Below, piece by piece: positions 38,796 to 48,213 of a stretch of 61,107 bases of DNA. The translations under genes were made by a program, and so were the position numbers. The stretch is from positions 1 through 61,107 of the forward strand of contig JBMFRC010000018.1 in NCBI GenBank assembly GCA_049968235.1. The letters are read 5' to 3'. The number at the start of each line of letters is the position of its first letter. The first letter of the stretch is position 1. Source of the DNA: Candidatus Hydrogenedens sp. Lineage in GTDB: Bacteria; Hydrogenedentota; Hydrogenedentia; Hydrogenedentales; Hydrogenedentaceae. The notes under the pieces are model-generated. The model was given only the letters and a program-made list of their open reading frames with translations. It was not told where the DNA came from and did no database searches.

Positions 38796-39976
38796 AATCC
38801 GGAAAAACCATTACAATTTGTGCTGTTCCCATTGGCAGGGAAAAGCCTATAATATGCTCGATAAAAGATGGAGTTATCACGCGAATAAAAGAAAATTCAA
38901 AAGGGAACTCCATTGATATGGGTAATGAAGAAACGATAATTGCTCCTTTGCTTTTTGATATACAGGTAAATGGAGGGTTTGGGATTAGTGTTCAGGATGA
39001 AAATTTAACCGAAGATAAGCTACTGAAACTTTCTGAAAAATTATTTCAATTAGGAATTGTTCGTTGGGTTCCTACTATCGTTTCAAACTCTATTGAAAAG
39101 ACAGAATTCCTTTGCGAAGTTATTGGAAATAGCCTGAAAAAAAATAAAGAATTATCCTTTTTTATTCCTGGAATACATCTGGAAGGTCCCTGGATTTCGC
39201 CGGAAGAGGGTCCTCGCGGAGCACATGCAAAAGAATATATAAGGCCTCCATCGGTAAAAGAATTTGAAAAATACCATAAATTAGCGAACGGTAAAATCCT
39301 TTATGTTACATTAGCACCTGAAGTCCCGAAAGCGATTCCATTTATACGATATTTAGTTTCCAGAGGGGTTCATGTATCTTTAGGGCATCATAATGCGAGT
39401 CTGGCTATTATGCAATCTGCGGTTGAGGCAGGGGCTACTCTTTGTACTCACATTGGTAATGGCATTCAAAATTACATTCATCGACACAATAACCCCATCT
39501 GGTATTCCCTATCAGAAGATAAGTTATCAGTTTCTGTTATTGCAGATGGGCATCACTTACCTCCAATAGTACTTAAAATTATTGCCCGATGTAAAAAGCC
39601 CAATAATGTAATCCTTGTCTCTGATGCTACCCGATTTATGGGAATGCCACCAGGAGTGTATCGGGAATTCGGTTCTGAGGTAGAACACAAAAAGGATGGA
39701 AAACTTTGCTTAAAAGGAACTCCATATCTTGCAGGAAGTGCATCATCCTTACTGGATTGTATTCCTATCTGGCAGAAGAATACATCATATTCATGGAATA
39801 AGTGCATTAAATGTGCATCATCTATCCCTGCAAAACTACTAAAAATAAAAATGCCACCTTTCCGTTTGTATAAAGGAGCAAAAGCAAACTTTATATGTGT
39901 TAAAATTAATAGAGAAAAGAGCAAATTGCTCCCTATCGGCGTATTTTGTAATGCTAAAAATTTCTTGTATATGTAA
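38792..39976 (+). CDS. nagA: N-acetylglucosamine-6-phosphate deacetylase
   Basis: DIQVNGGFGI and GIHLEGPWIS motifs. Start set to the ATG overlapping the M20 stop (ATGA) rather than the upstream TTG. Confidence 0.7.
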   Translation: MKSGKTITICAVPIGREKPIICSIKDGVITRIKENSKGNSIDMGNEETIIAPLLFDIQVNGGFGISVQDENLTEDKLLKLSEKLFQLGIVRWVPTIVSNSIEKTEFLCEVIGNSLKKNKELSFFIPGIHLEGPWISPEEGPRGAHAKEYIRPPSVKEFEKYHKLANGKILYVTLAPEVPKAIPFIRYLVSRGVHVSLGHHNASLAIMQSAVEAGATLCTHIGNGIQNYIHRHNNPIWYSLSEDKLSVSVIADGHHLPPIVLKIIARCKKPNNVILVSDATRFMGMPPGVYREFGSEVEHKKDGKLCLKGTPYLAGSASSLLDCIPIWQKNTSYSWNKCIKCASSIPAKLLKIKMPPFRLYKGAKANFICVKINREKSKLLPIGVFCNAKNFLYM

Positions 39977-40071
39977 AAACAAGGTTCTAAATGGAACTTA
40001 TTGTTATAAAATAAGTATTCTATATATAAAAAAGAGTTACAATAAATTAAACATGAGTTGGGAGAGTAGCA

Positions 40072-41760
40072 GTGCCCAAAGCCTATCTGGTTAAAGAGGA
40101 TGATGGAGAAAAATTCCCGGTTCATTCTCATTTAATCATAGGAAGAACAAAAGAGTGTAATATTGTAATTGAAGACCCCGCAGTGTCCCGTAAGCATTTT
40201 GAACTTGTCAGGAGTGAGGATAGTTATAAATGGAAGGATATGGGTAGTACCAATGGGACATTCGTTAATGGACAGAAAATGTTATCAGGTGAATTACATT
40301 CCGGGGATATGATTCAAATAGGGAAGACCCTTTTCCGATTTGAAATAGAGGAAAATAGTAAACCGACAAGAACCTCAGAAACGATAGGAGAAAAAGAAGA
40401 ACAACATTCTATTGTTGCACATTCTTTCCTTAGTATGGATGAAACTACGGTTTCTCCCGGGAAAGAACAACACGCAACCCTATTATTGGAGACCCTATGT
40501 AAGGTAATTAATGACATTTCTACCAATTTTGACCTTTGTGAATTACAAAATAAAATTATGGAAGCGACTTCCCATGTAATCCCTATAGACCATGGTGCTA
40601 TTCTGATTACTGACGAAGAAGGGAAAATACTTCCCTGTCCACAATGTTCCCGGGTACACCAATGGGAGGGAGGGCATCTGGTTGCTGTTCCTGTAAATCG
40701 CGTTCGTATCAGTAATACCATTATTTATAAGGTGGTGAAGGAACGACAGAGTTTGCTTTATCAGGACATTATGGACAATGATGACTTAAAGAGGGCAGTG
40801 AGTATTATTTCATTAAATGTGCAATCGGTTATTTGTGTTCCACTTCGTGCCAAAGAAAAAGTATTAGGCTTACTTTATATGGATACGGTCTCGGATAAAA
40901 ACCGATATTCGGCAGAAGAATTACTACTTGCTTCCGCAGTTGGAAATGCTTCCGGGTTAGCAATCGAAAATGTGAATATTTATCAGGAATTAATTGAAAA
41001 ATATAGGATGGAACAAGAACTACAAACAGCAGCAACAATTCAGCAGGGTTTCCTATTCAATAATTGGAGTTCTATTCCTAAAAATTGTGATATATTTGCC
41101 CAGACTTTTCCAGCAAAAGTAGTTGGGGGCGATTTCTTTGATGTAATATTGCTTCCCGAGAATCGTTTAGGTTTTATAGTAGGGGATGTTTCGGGCAAAG
41201 GAATGCCAGCTTCCCTTGCTATGGTGCGATTACTTACAGAATTTCGTATACAAGCCCAGCGACTATTATCACAAATAGAAGTACTTAAGGTCCTTAATGA
41301 AGACCTGTTCGAATATGGGCAACAAGGAATGTTTTGTTCCTTGTGTTATGTTGTCGTTAATCTAAAGACAGGCGAAGTTACCGCTGTAAATGCAGGGCAT
41401 CTACCCGTTTTATGGTGGCAAAATCATAAAACCGAATATTGTTTCCATCCATCAGGTCCTCCCTTAGGGGTTTTACCGAATACTGTATGGAAGGAAGAAA
41501 AAGACATCTTATCTAAGGAAGATGCCCTTATCATATTTACAGATGGAATTATTGAAGCCCGAAAAGAAGCCAATGATAAAGAAATAACAGATAGAGAATT
41601 TGGGATTGACAGATTAAAAAAGACTATCGAAAATTTACATTTTGAAAATGCAGAGAAGGCGGTTCAGAGTATCTTACAAAAAGTACAGAAATATACCGAA
41701 CCCAATCTTCCTCATGACGATTGCACACTATTACTATTCCGGTGGTTAAATCATGCGTGA
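40072..41760 (+). CDS. FHA-GAF-PP2C (SpoIIE/RsbU-type) serine phosphatase
   Basis: FHA domain GRTKECNIVIEDPAVSRKHFEL…STNGTFVNG; central GAF; PP2C GDVSGKGMPASLAM…DGIIEA. GTG start with GGAGAG Shine-Dalgarno. Confidence 0.8.
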   Translation: MPKAYLVKEDDGEKFPVHSHLIIGRTKECNIVIEDPAVSRKHFELVRSEDSYKWKDMGSTNGTFVNGQKMLSGELHSGDMIQIGKTLFRFEIEENSKPTRTSETIGEKEEQHSIVAHSFLSMDETTVSPGKEQHATLLLETLCKVINDISTNFDLCELQNKIMEATSHVIPIDHGAILITDEEGKILPCPQCSRVHQWEGGHLVAVPVNRVRISNTIIYKVVKERQSLLYQDIMDNDDLKRAVSIISLNVQSVICVPLRAKEKVLGLLYMDTVSDKNRYSAEELLLASAVGNASGLAIENVNIYQELIEKYRMEQELQTAATIQQGFLFNNWSSIPKNCDIFAQTFPAKVVGGDFFDVILLPENRLGFIVGDVSGKGMPASLAMVRLLTEFRIQAQRLLSQIEVLKVLNEDLFEYGQQGMFCSLCYVVVNLKTGEVTAVNAGHLPVLWWQNHKTEYCFHPSGPPLGVLPNTVWKEEKDILSKEDALIIFTDGIIEARKEANDKEITDREFGIDRLKKTIENLHFENAEKAVQSILQKVQKYTEPNLPHDDCTLLLFRWLNHA

Positions 41761-42190
41761 TGACTTTACAATTACTTTTCGTTCACATCCAAAACTATTA
41801 AAGCCTGTTCGGGCTTTAGTTCGTAATTACCTTGAGATGGCTCGTTTTTCACAGGATAAGATTGAGGATATTGTTTTAGGACTGGATGAAGCCTGTACAA
41901 ATTGTATTCGACATGCGTATCATGGGGCAAAGTCAGGAATTATTCAGTTATCCGCACGATTAGGAACGGTATGGCTGGAATTTGAATTACAGGATTGCGG
42001 AACATGTCCCCCTAAAGATTTTTTGCTTAGAGAAAAAAGAAAAAATATAACGTCTGAGAATCTAAAACCTCATGGACTCGGACTTATTATATTAAAAAGA
42101 GCCTTTGATGAAGTTTCTTTTCACATAAACGAGAATGGTGAAAACTGTTTGATATTAAGAGCACGAAGAAAAGCATTCAGGAAAGGTTAA
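41753..42190 (+). CDS. Anti-sigma-factor-type serine kinase (RsbW/SpoIIAB-like HATPase)
   Basis: LDEACTNCIRHAY N-box and G-box HGLGLIILKRAF; overlaps the phosphatase gene by 8 nt. Confidence 0.75.
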   Translation: MRDDFTITFRSHPKLLKPVRALVRNYLEMARFSQDKIEDIVLGLDEACTNCIRHAYHGAKSGIIQLSARLGTVWLEFELQDCGTCPPKDFLLREKRKNITSENLKPHGLGLIILKRAFDEVSFHINENGENCLILRARRKAFRKG

Positions 42191-42193
42191 CTA

Positions 42194-42517
42194 ATGTCGA
42201 TTGATATTCACACAATAGAAAAGGATGGAAATTATAAAATTCAGGTGTCCGGTCAGGTAGATTTGTATACATCTCCCAATCTGAGGAAAGCCATTCTGGA
42301 GTCTGTCGATAAATCAAAAGGTTCGGTTATTGTACAACTATCCCATGTAGAATATATGGATTCTTCCGGAGTTGCCACATTGGTAGAAGGACTTCGTTCT
42401 GCCACAAAACAAAAGAAATCATTCCAACTTTTATCCCCTTCTCATGCAGTTCGGAAAGTATTAAATCTATCGCGATTGGAAACGGTATTCACAGTCACAG
42501 AAAGTGATGAAGAATGA
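42194..42517 (+). CDS. STAS-domain protein (anti-sigma-factor antagonist type; positioned like MlaB)
   Basis: VEYMDSSGVATLVE with the conserved phosphorylatable Ser in DSSG; 107 aa. Confidence 0.8.
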   Translation: MSIDIHTIEKDGNYKIQVSGQVDLYTSPNLRKAILESVDKSKGSVIVQLSHVEYMDSSGVATLVEGLRSATKQKKSFQLLSPSHAVRKVLNLSRLETVFTVTESDEE

Positions 42518-43311
42518 TTAAGTATTTTTTGGGCAGTATAGGTCGAACTTTCTTAAATATTTTACATTCTGGACTTGTCGTTTGTGTTTTAATTATGGAT
42601 ACATTGAATTGGTTATTTTTGCAACCTGTATTAGGTCGAGGGTTAAGGTGGCGTAGTGCAGTGGAACATTTTGTAGAATATGGATTTCACTCAATACCAA
42701 TAGTCGGTTTAATTTCTTTACTGGTTGGGGTTATTATGGGGATGCAATCTGCATATACATTACAACAATGGGGTGCTACGATATTTATGGCAAATCTGGT
42801 AGGAATTTCAGCATTACGAGAATTAGCACCGTTAATGTCTGCCATTCTTATTACAGGGCGGAGTGGTTCCGCGATTACTGCCGAAATAGGAACTATGAAA
42901 GTTTCAGAAGAAGTCGATGCTCTAATGGTGATGGGACTGAACCCTGTTAAATTTTTAGTTGTCCCAAAGTTTTTAGGGATGGTAATTGCTGTTCCCTGTG
43001 TTACAGTGCTTTCGATGGCTATAATGATTGGAGGGGGATTTATCGTAGCGGTGGGTATTCTCGGTATTGATTTCTGGGCATACTTCGACCAGACCGCAAG
43101 TGCTTTAGTTCCTAAAGATTTATTTTCGGGTATGGTCAAGAGCGTATTTTTCGGCTTAACTATTTGTTGGGTCGGTATCTATCGTGGTTTTCAGGTCGAA
43201 GGAAGTGCGGAAAGTGTCGGTAAAATGACCACTTCTTCCGTTGTTACTTCTATTTTTACCATAATAATTGTAGATTTAGTCTGGACAGCCTTATTTTACT
43301 TTACGGAATGA
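42514..43311 (+). CDS. mlaE: MlaE-family ABC transporter permease
   Basis: About 5 TM segments with the MlaE-type EVDALMVMGLNPVKFLVVPKFLG segment; ATGA overlap with the STAS gene. Confidence 0.8.
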   Translation: MIKYFLGSIGRTFLNILHSGLVVCVLIMDTLNWLFLQPVLGRGLRWRSAVEHFVEYGFHSIPIVGLISLLVGVIMGMQSAYTLQQWGATIFMANLVGISALRELAPLMSAILITGRSGSAITAEIGTMKVSEEVDALMVMGLNPVKFLVVPKFLGMVIAVPCVTVLSMAIMIGGGFIVAVGILGIDFWAYFDQTASALVPKDLFSGMVKSVFFGLTICWVGIYRGFQVEGSAESVGKMTTSSVVTSIFTIIIVDLVWTALFYFTE

Positions 43312-44114
43312 TGAATAACAATAACAATGAATATATAATTGAAGTAGAGAACCTTGTCGTTCAGTATGGAACAAGGCGGGTTCTGGATAATATCTCTTTT
43401 AAAGTAAAAAAAGGAGAGATATTTGTTATTTTAGGGGGAAGTGGATGTGGCAAAAGCACTCTTTTACGGACACTGGTAGGTCTAATTCGTCCCCACTCCG
43501 GAAAAATTATAATGTTTGGCAAAGATGTTACTACAATGAGCACTCAGGAACAAATAGAACTTCGCAAACGGATAGGTATGTGTTTCCAGAATTCCGCTTT
43601 ATTTAATTCTATGACTGTGGGTGAAAATGTCGCCTTACCATTAAAGGAACATACCCGTCTTGCGGAATCGACCATCGATATTATGACACAAATTAAATTA
43701 GATCTGGTGGGACTGGGTGGTTGCGCAAATCTGTATCCATCACAATTAAGTGGTGGAATGAAAAAAAGAGCCGGTATTGCACGGGCTATGGCTTTAGACC
43801 CGGAAATTATATTTTATGACGAACCCTCCTCCGGTCTTGACCCTATCGTTGCTGCGGGTTTAGACTATCTTATCCGAAAGATGCAGAATACCTTTAATTT
43901 AACCAGTGTCGTGGTTACTCACGATTTGGAAAGTGTTCAAATTATTGCAGACCGAGTTTGTCTATTGCATGCAGGAAAAATCGTTGCAATTGGCGATTTA
44001 AAGGAAATGGAATTAAATACCGATTCCTATCTCCGCCAATTTTTTACACGAACACCGACTCCGGAAGAAAATCAATCTCCTTCCACAATTTTAGATTCTT
44101 TTGAAGATATGTAA
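43308..44114 (+). CDS. mlaF: MlaF-type ABC transporter ATP-binding protein
   Basis: Walker A GGSGCGKST, signature LSGGMKKR, Walker B IIFYDEPSSGLD. Confidence 0.85.
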   Translation: MMNNNNNEYIIEVENLVVQYGTRRVLDNISFKVKKGEIFVILGGSGCGKSTLLRTLVGLIRPHSGKIIMFGKDVTTMSTQEQIELRKRIGMCFQNSALFNSMTVGENVALPLKEHTRLAESTIDIMTQIKLDLVGLGGCANLYPSQLSGGMKKRAGIARAMALDPEIIFYDEPSSGLDPIVAAGLDYLIRKMQNTFNLTSVVVTHDLESVQIIADRVCLLHAGKIVAIGDLKEMELNTDSYLRQFFTRTPTPEENQSPSTILDSFEDM

Positions 44115-44148
44115 TAATAAAACAAATAAAAAGATATGGTGGTTTAAG

Positions 44149-45180
44149 ATGAATTCAAAAGCGAGTGAATTTACAAAAAAGGAAATCATTGCGGGCTTCT
44201 TCATCCTGATTAGCATTGTTGTCCTTGTGTCTTTTATCCTTTTGGTGCGGGGTTATCGCCCAAATGCAGGAACAAAAATCTATTACGCCAAATTTAAAAA
44301 TACATTAGGTTTGGACCGCGGTGCAGATGTGCGTTTTGGTGGGTTAAAAATTGGGAAAGTTACGGATATTTATCCCGATAGAGAGGACCCAAGTCAGGTG
44401 TGTGTTAAATTATCTATATCTCCAGAGATTGTCTTAAATCAAAAATGTATTGCCACAGTAGAGCAAGTTTCTCTAACCTCAGCGAGGCACCTTGAAATTT
44501 CAACAGGAGAAGCAAATGCCCCTAAGTTAGAAGATGGAAGTATAATACCTTCTATAAACAAAACGGGTAGTTTGGTAGAACTCCCTGATTTTTCAAGCAC
44601 AATTAAAAAAGTGGAGAAACTTTTAGATGATTTGACAGATTTTTTGGGTATGGATGAACTCCATAAGGCAGAAGCGACAAAAGAAACCAAAGCACGAGTT
44701 ACCGAACTGACTCAACAAATCAGTGGAACTTTAGAAAAGGGCACTGATTTTATTGAAGAACTTAATAGCCTGGTCAAAGAACAAAAACCCCAAATTGCAG
44801 ATATTTTGAAAAACATTAATGATATAGAAAAAGATACAAAAAAAGTTGTAGAACAGGTAAATACGATAATTTCAGAAAATCGAGGCTCGATACATGACTC
44901 ATTGACATCCGTAAAAGATATTATGGCAAAGGTAAAATCCATATCAGATAATAGTGCAGATGATTTAGAAAAAATATTAAATAATATAGAAAAGATTACG
45001 GGAAATGTGGATAATTTGTCCTCCGAAGCAAAAAATTGGATGAGTAAAAATAAAAGAAATATTGATGAACTTATTCTGGATATTAAAGAAACCATTCGTA
45101 ATTTGCGTCTACTGTCTCAAACTTTAGCAGAACAACCTCAATCTATACTTACAGGGAAAGTCCCGGGAGGTAAAAAATAG
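44149..45180 (+). CDS. mlaD: MlaD/MCE-domain protein with long C-terminal coiled coil
   Basis: N-terminal TM IIAGFFILISIVVLVSFI, then MCE domain (YYAKFKNTLGLDRGADVRFGGLKIGKV). The alternative start at 44101 would overlap mlaF. Confidence 0.75.
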   Translation: MNSKASEFTKKEIIAGFFILISIVVLVSFILLVRGYRPNAGTKIYYAKFKNTLGLDRGADVRFGGLKIGKVTDIYPDREDPSQVCVKLSISPEIVLNQKCIATVEQVSLTSARHLEISTGEANAPKLEDGSIIPSINKTGSLVELPDFSSTIKKVEKLLDDLTDFLGMDELHKAEATKETKARVTELTQQISGTLEKGTDFIEELNSLVKEQKPQIADILKNINDIEKDTKKVVEQVNTIISENRGSIHDSLTSVKDIMAKVKSISDNSADDLEKILNNIEKITGNVDNLSSEAKNWMSKNKRNIDELILDIKETIRNLRLLSQTLAEQPQSILTGKVPGGKK

Positions 45181-45181
45181 A

Positions 45182-45784
45182 ATGTTTTTTTCTCTTCTTT
45201 ATACAAAAATTCATCGACAGGAAAGTATATATCTTTTAGGTTGCATTTGTATTGTAGTCATTTTTTCTGGTTGTATATCAGGACCCTCTTTGCATTATTA
45301 CACTCTGGAAAATACAATTAAACCTATAGAGGATACATCTCCGCTATGTATTCAGGTAGCAAGTATCCGTTTAGCAGAGTCACTAAAACGAAAAGAGATA
45401 ATGGTCCGGAAAAATTCAGTTCAGGTGGATTATTACTCTGTTCATCTATGGGCTTCGAGTTTAGAGGAATTAATAACAAATAAAATAAATCAGACTTTTT
45501 TGTGTTATCAATCTGAAAAAAAATTACCGGATTATTATTTACATATTGATGTACTTAATTTTGAAGAAGTTGAAACATCGAATTCCCCTATTGCGTATGT
45601 TAAATATGTTGTCCAATTTTTAAATCCGGGGAATATGGAAGTTTTAGCCCAAAAGATTTATTCCATAGAAAAAGAATCTACCAGTAAAGGTGTCCCTGAA
45701 TTGGTAAAAACTTTTTCAAGTTGTGTTGATGAAATAATAAATAAAATATATGCAGATGCCAGGAATATTAATAAACCCGAATAG
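45182..45784 (+). CDS. ABC-transport auxiliary lipoprotein (DUF330-like) of the Mla/MCE operon
   Basis: Lipobox IFSGC; about 200 aa, sited directly after the MCE gene as in many mce loci. Confidence 0.5.
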   Translation: MFFSLLYTKIHRQESIYLLGCICIVVIFSGCISGPSLHYYTLENTIKPIEDTSPLCIQVASIRLAESLKRKEIMVRKNSVQVDYYSVHLWASSLEELITNKINQTFLCYQSEKKLPDYYLHIDVLNFEEVETSNSPIAYVKYVVQFLNPGNMEVLAQKIYSIEKESTSKGVPELVKTFSSCVDEIINKIYADARNINKPE

Positions 45785-45801
45785 AAGGAATTTTTTCATC
45801 C

Positions 45802-46593
45802 ATGCCACGAATAGATATGGATGATTTTTTAAGTGATTATGAAAGGGCTGTTTGTTACTTTACACTACCCAAATTAGTGTATCACATTAGTCCCATTAGT
45901 ATATTTATTTACTTTATATGTGTTATTTTTGCTTTTTCATTAACCTTCTGGGGATTGATTTTAGAAAATCAACAACTTTCATATCTAGGAACATTTATAT
46001 TAATTATCGTTACATTATCCGGTTTTATCTTATTCACAGGGAGAACCTTGATAAGTGAATTCCGATGGCGAAAATGTCTTGCAGAAGCACATGGTTCTGC
46101 TTCAGAAGAATCCTTAGACCTGCCAGACCCTTTTGAAAATCATGAACTTTACCTTATTCCAGTAAAAGAAAGAGAAAGTATGTTATTTCCCTGCGTGAAT
46201 CGTGCCGGAGAAATTCAATATTTTGTCGAGAAAAAAAATCAGGGTTGGCTTGTAAAAGATGCTTTGGGAAATGAGATATGTAGAATTTTCAGGAAATGTA
46301 GTTGGTTCTCTATTGCACTTACATCAAAAGTACCTAAAATAATTGATATCCAGAAAGATAGCCAGCGAATTGCACATATCAACCCCCGATTCTCCTTATT
46401 TAGTTCCGTATATATAGTGACCCTTTTTGAGAAGGATAATGAAACCTATCAAATTCTACAGTCCGGTATTTTTAACCGTGGCGAATTGGTAGGGAGAATT
46501 TATCAAGTTCGTAATCACTTATATCTTGATATTAAAAAAGACCATTTTAATCTCGGATTGTTAGCCTTCTTTATCAGTTGCCAGGACTATTAA
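45802..46593 (+). CDS. Hypothetical 2-TM membrane protein
   Basis: ORF with two hydrophobic helices; no recognisable motif. Confidence 0.35.
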   Translation: MPRIDMDDFLSDYERAVCYFTLPKLVYHISPISIFIYFICVIFAFSLTFWGLILENQQLSYLGTFILIIVTLSGFILFTGRTLISEFRWRKCLAEAHGSASEESLDLPDPFENHELYLIPVKERESMLFPCVNRAGEIQYFVEKKNQGWLVKDALGNEICRIFRKCSWFSIALTSKVPKIIDIQKDSQRIAHINPRFSLFSSVYIVTLFEKDNETYQILQSGIFNRGELVGRIYQVRNHLYLDIKKDHFNLGLLAFFISCQDY

Positions 46594-46627
46594 TTGGTAT
46601 AGTCAATAAGTCAACAAATAAGGAGGA

Positions 46628-47977
46628 ATGTATATGAAAAATCACCATACATTGTCAAGAAGAGAGTTTATTAAAACTGCATCCATCATTCCACCTTCCC
46701 TATCCATAGGTATCCTGTTAAATCAGACGCAACATATAAAAGAAAAAGCAAGAATTGGAGTTGTAGGAGTAGGTAATCGAGGCCACTTCTTAGTTGATTT
46801 ACTAACGCAATGTTCTGATGTTGAAATACGGGCTATTGCGGACATAAAAAAAGAACATGCAGAACGAACAAAATCATTGTGTGCGCAGAGACAAAATTTT
46901 GTTCCGGAGATTTACACAAAAGGAGAAACAGACTTTGAAAAATTGGTGAAGCGAGAAGATATTGATTGTGTCTTGTGTGCTACTTCGTGGGAATGGCATA
47001 CACCGGTGGCTTTATCCGCTATGAAGGCGGGAAAACTGACTGCCCTTGAAGTCCCACCTGCAACAACACTCAAGGAGTGTCGAGCATTAATTGAGACTTC
47101 AGAGAAACAAAAGTATCCTTGTTTTATATTGGAAAATGTATGTTACTTTAAAGAACCATTAACGATTCTTCGAATGATACGAGAAGGTTATTTTGGTGAA
47201 GTGGTTTTTGCAGAAGGTGGATACCAGCATGATTGCCGATTCCTGTTAGCGGATGAGACGGGTAAATTAAATTGGCGTGGTAAAGGAATTATTAACAGAG
47301 TAGGCAACACTTACCCTACTCATCCTATAGGACCTATTTCCCAATGGTTTAATATAAATCGGTGAGACCGTTTTATTTCCTTGTATAGTGTTTCAACTCC
47401 TTCTTTAGGTATCCATGAATATTTTGTAAAAAAATATGAACCGGAACATGAGCTATCAAAAATGAAGATAAAACATGGCGATATAAATACCACGATACTA
47501 CAGACATTTTTAGGTAAGACCATTACCTTATATCACGATACATCATTACCACGACCCTATGACTCTATTTTTAGAGTTCAGGGAACAAAAGGGATTTATT
47601 TTGGCTCTTTACAAAAAATATATTTGGAAGATGTAAGTCCGCAAAAAGATACCTGGGAAGATTTTGAACCATATACAAAAAAATATGCCCATCCAATTTG
47701 GTCTGCTTATGAATCAGCAGGGGGTTCTACTGCGGGGCATGGATTAGGTGATTTCATTACTGTGCGAGAATTGGTTCGTGCTATTCGAACAGGAGAAACA
47801 TCTCTTCCGGATGTTTATGATTCGGCTACATGGTCGGCTATTATTGAACTATCAGAGCAATCCGCTTCTGCTGGTGGAAAGAAAGTCGATTTTCCTGATT
47901 TCACAAATGGGCGTTGGAAAACCAATCAACCCATCCCTGTTATTCAATTACCCCAACAATGGCTTGCTTCTTGTTGA
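46628..47977 (+). pseudogene. Gfo/Idh/MocA-family NAD-dependent oxidoreductase with Tat signal (GH109-like), interrupted by a single in-frame TGA at 47363-47365
   Basis: Tat motif SRREFIK; RIGVVGVGNRGHF Rossmann region. The ORF track gives two pieces (46628-47365 and 47381-47977) in the same frame, 753 nt apart; the C-terminal domain continues directly after the stop. Confidence 0.6.
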
Positions 47978-48048
47978 ACTTAAAACATACACAAGGCAAA
48001 AATAAAAATATATCTGCTGTCCCACAGGTGCAAAGTATTTCCTGCAAA

Positions 48049-48198
48049 TTAATCTTCTTTTGAGGAAAGTGTTTCATCCGATTTTAACGCAAGTAACATC
48101 TCTTTTATATCGAAAACACCACGCACACCTACATAAAAGGTCATCGTAAAATACCAAACAACACAAAACATTACAAGGAGTAGCCAGAAATAAGACAT
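48049..48198 (-). CDS. 49-aa single-TM micro-ORF, in the same frame as the SSS transporter and 5 codons after its TAA stop
   Basis: MSYFWLLLVMFCVVWYFTMTFYVGVRGVFDIKEMLLALKSDETLSSKED (hand-translated reverse complement). AAAGGA 9-14 nt upstream of the ATG. Confidence 0.35.
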   Translation of the reverse strand: MSYFWLLLVMFCVVWYFTMTFYVGVRGVFDIKEMLLALKSDETLSSKED

Positions 48199-48213
48199 AT
48201 AACAAAATCCTTT

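Noticed and set aside
47363-47365. Possibility that TGA encodes Gly (genetic code 25) or Sec
   Set aside because: TGA terminates several well-supported genes in this window directly before intergenic regions (3861-3863, 5551-5553, 20518-20520). No SECIS-like element was noticed. A nonsense mutation or sequencing error is more likely
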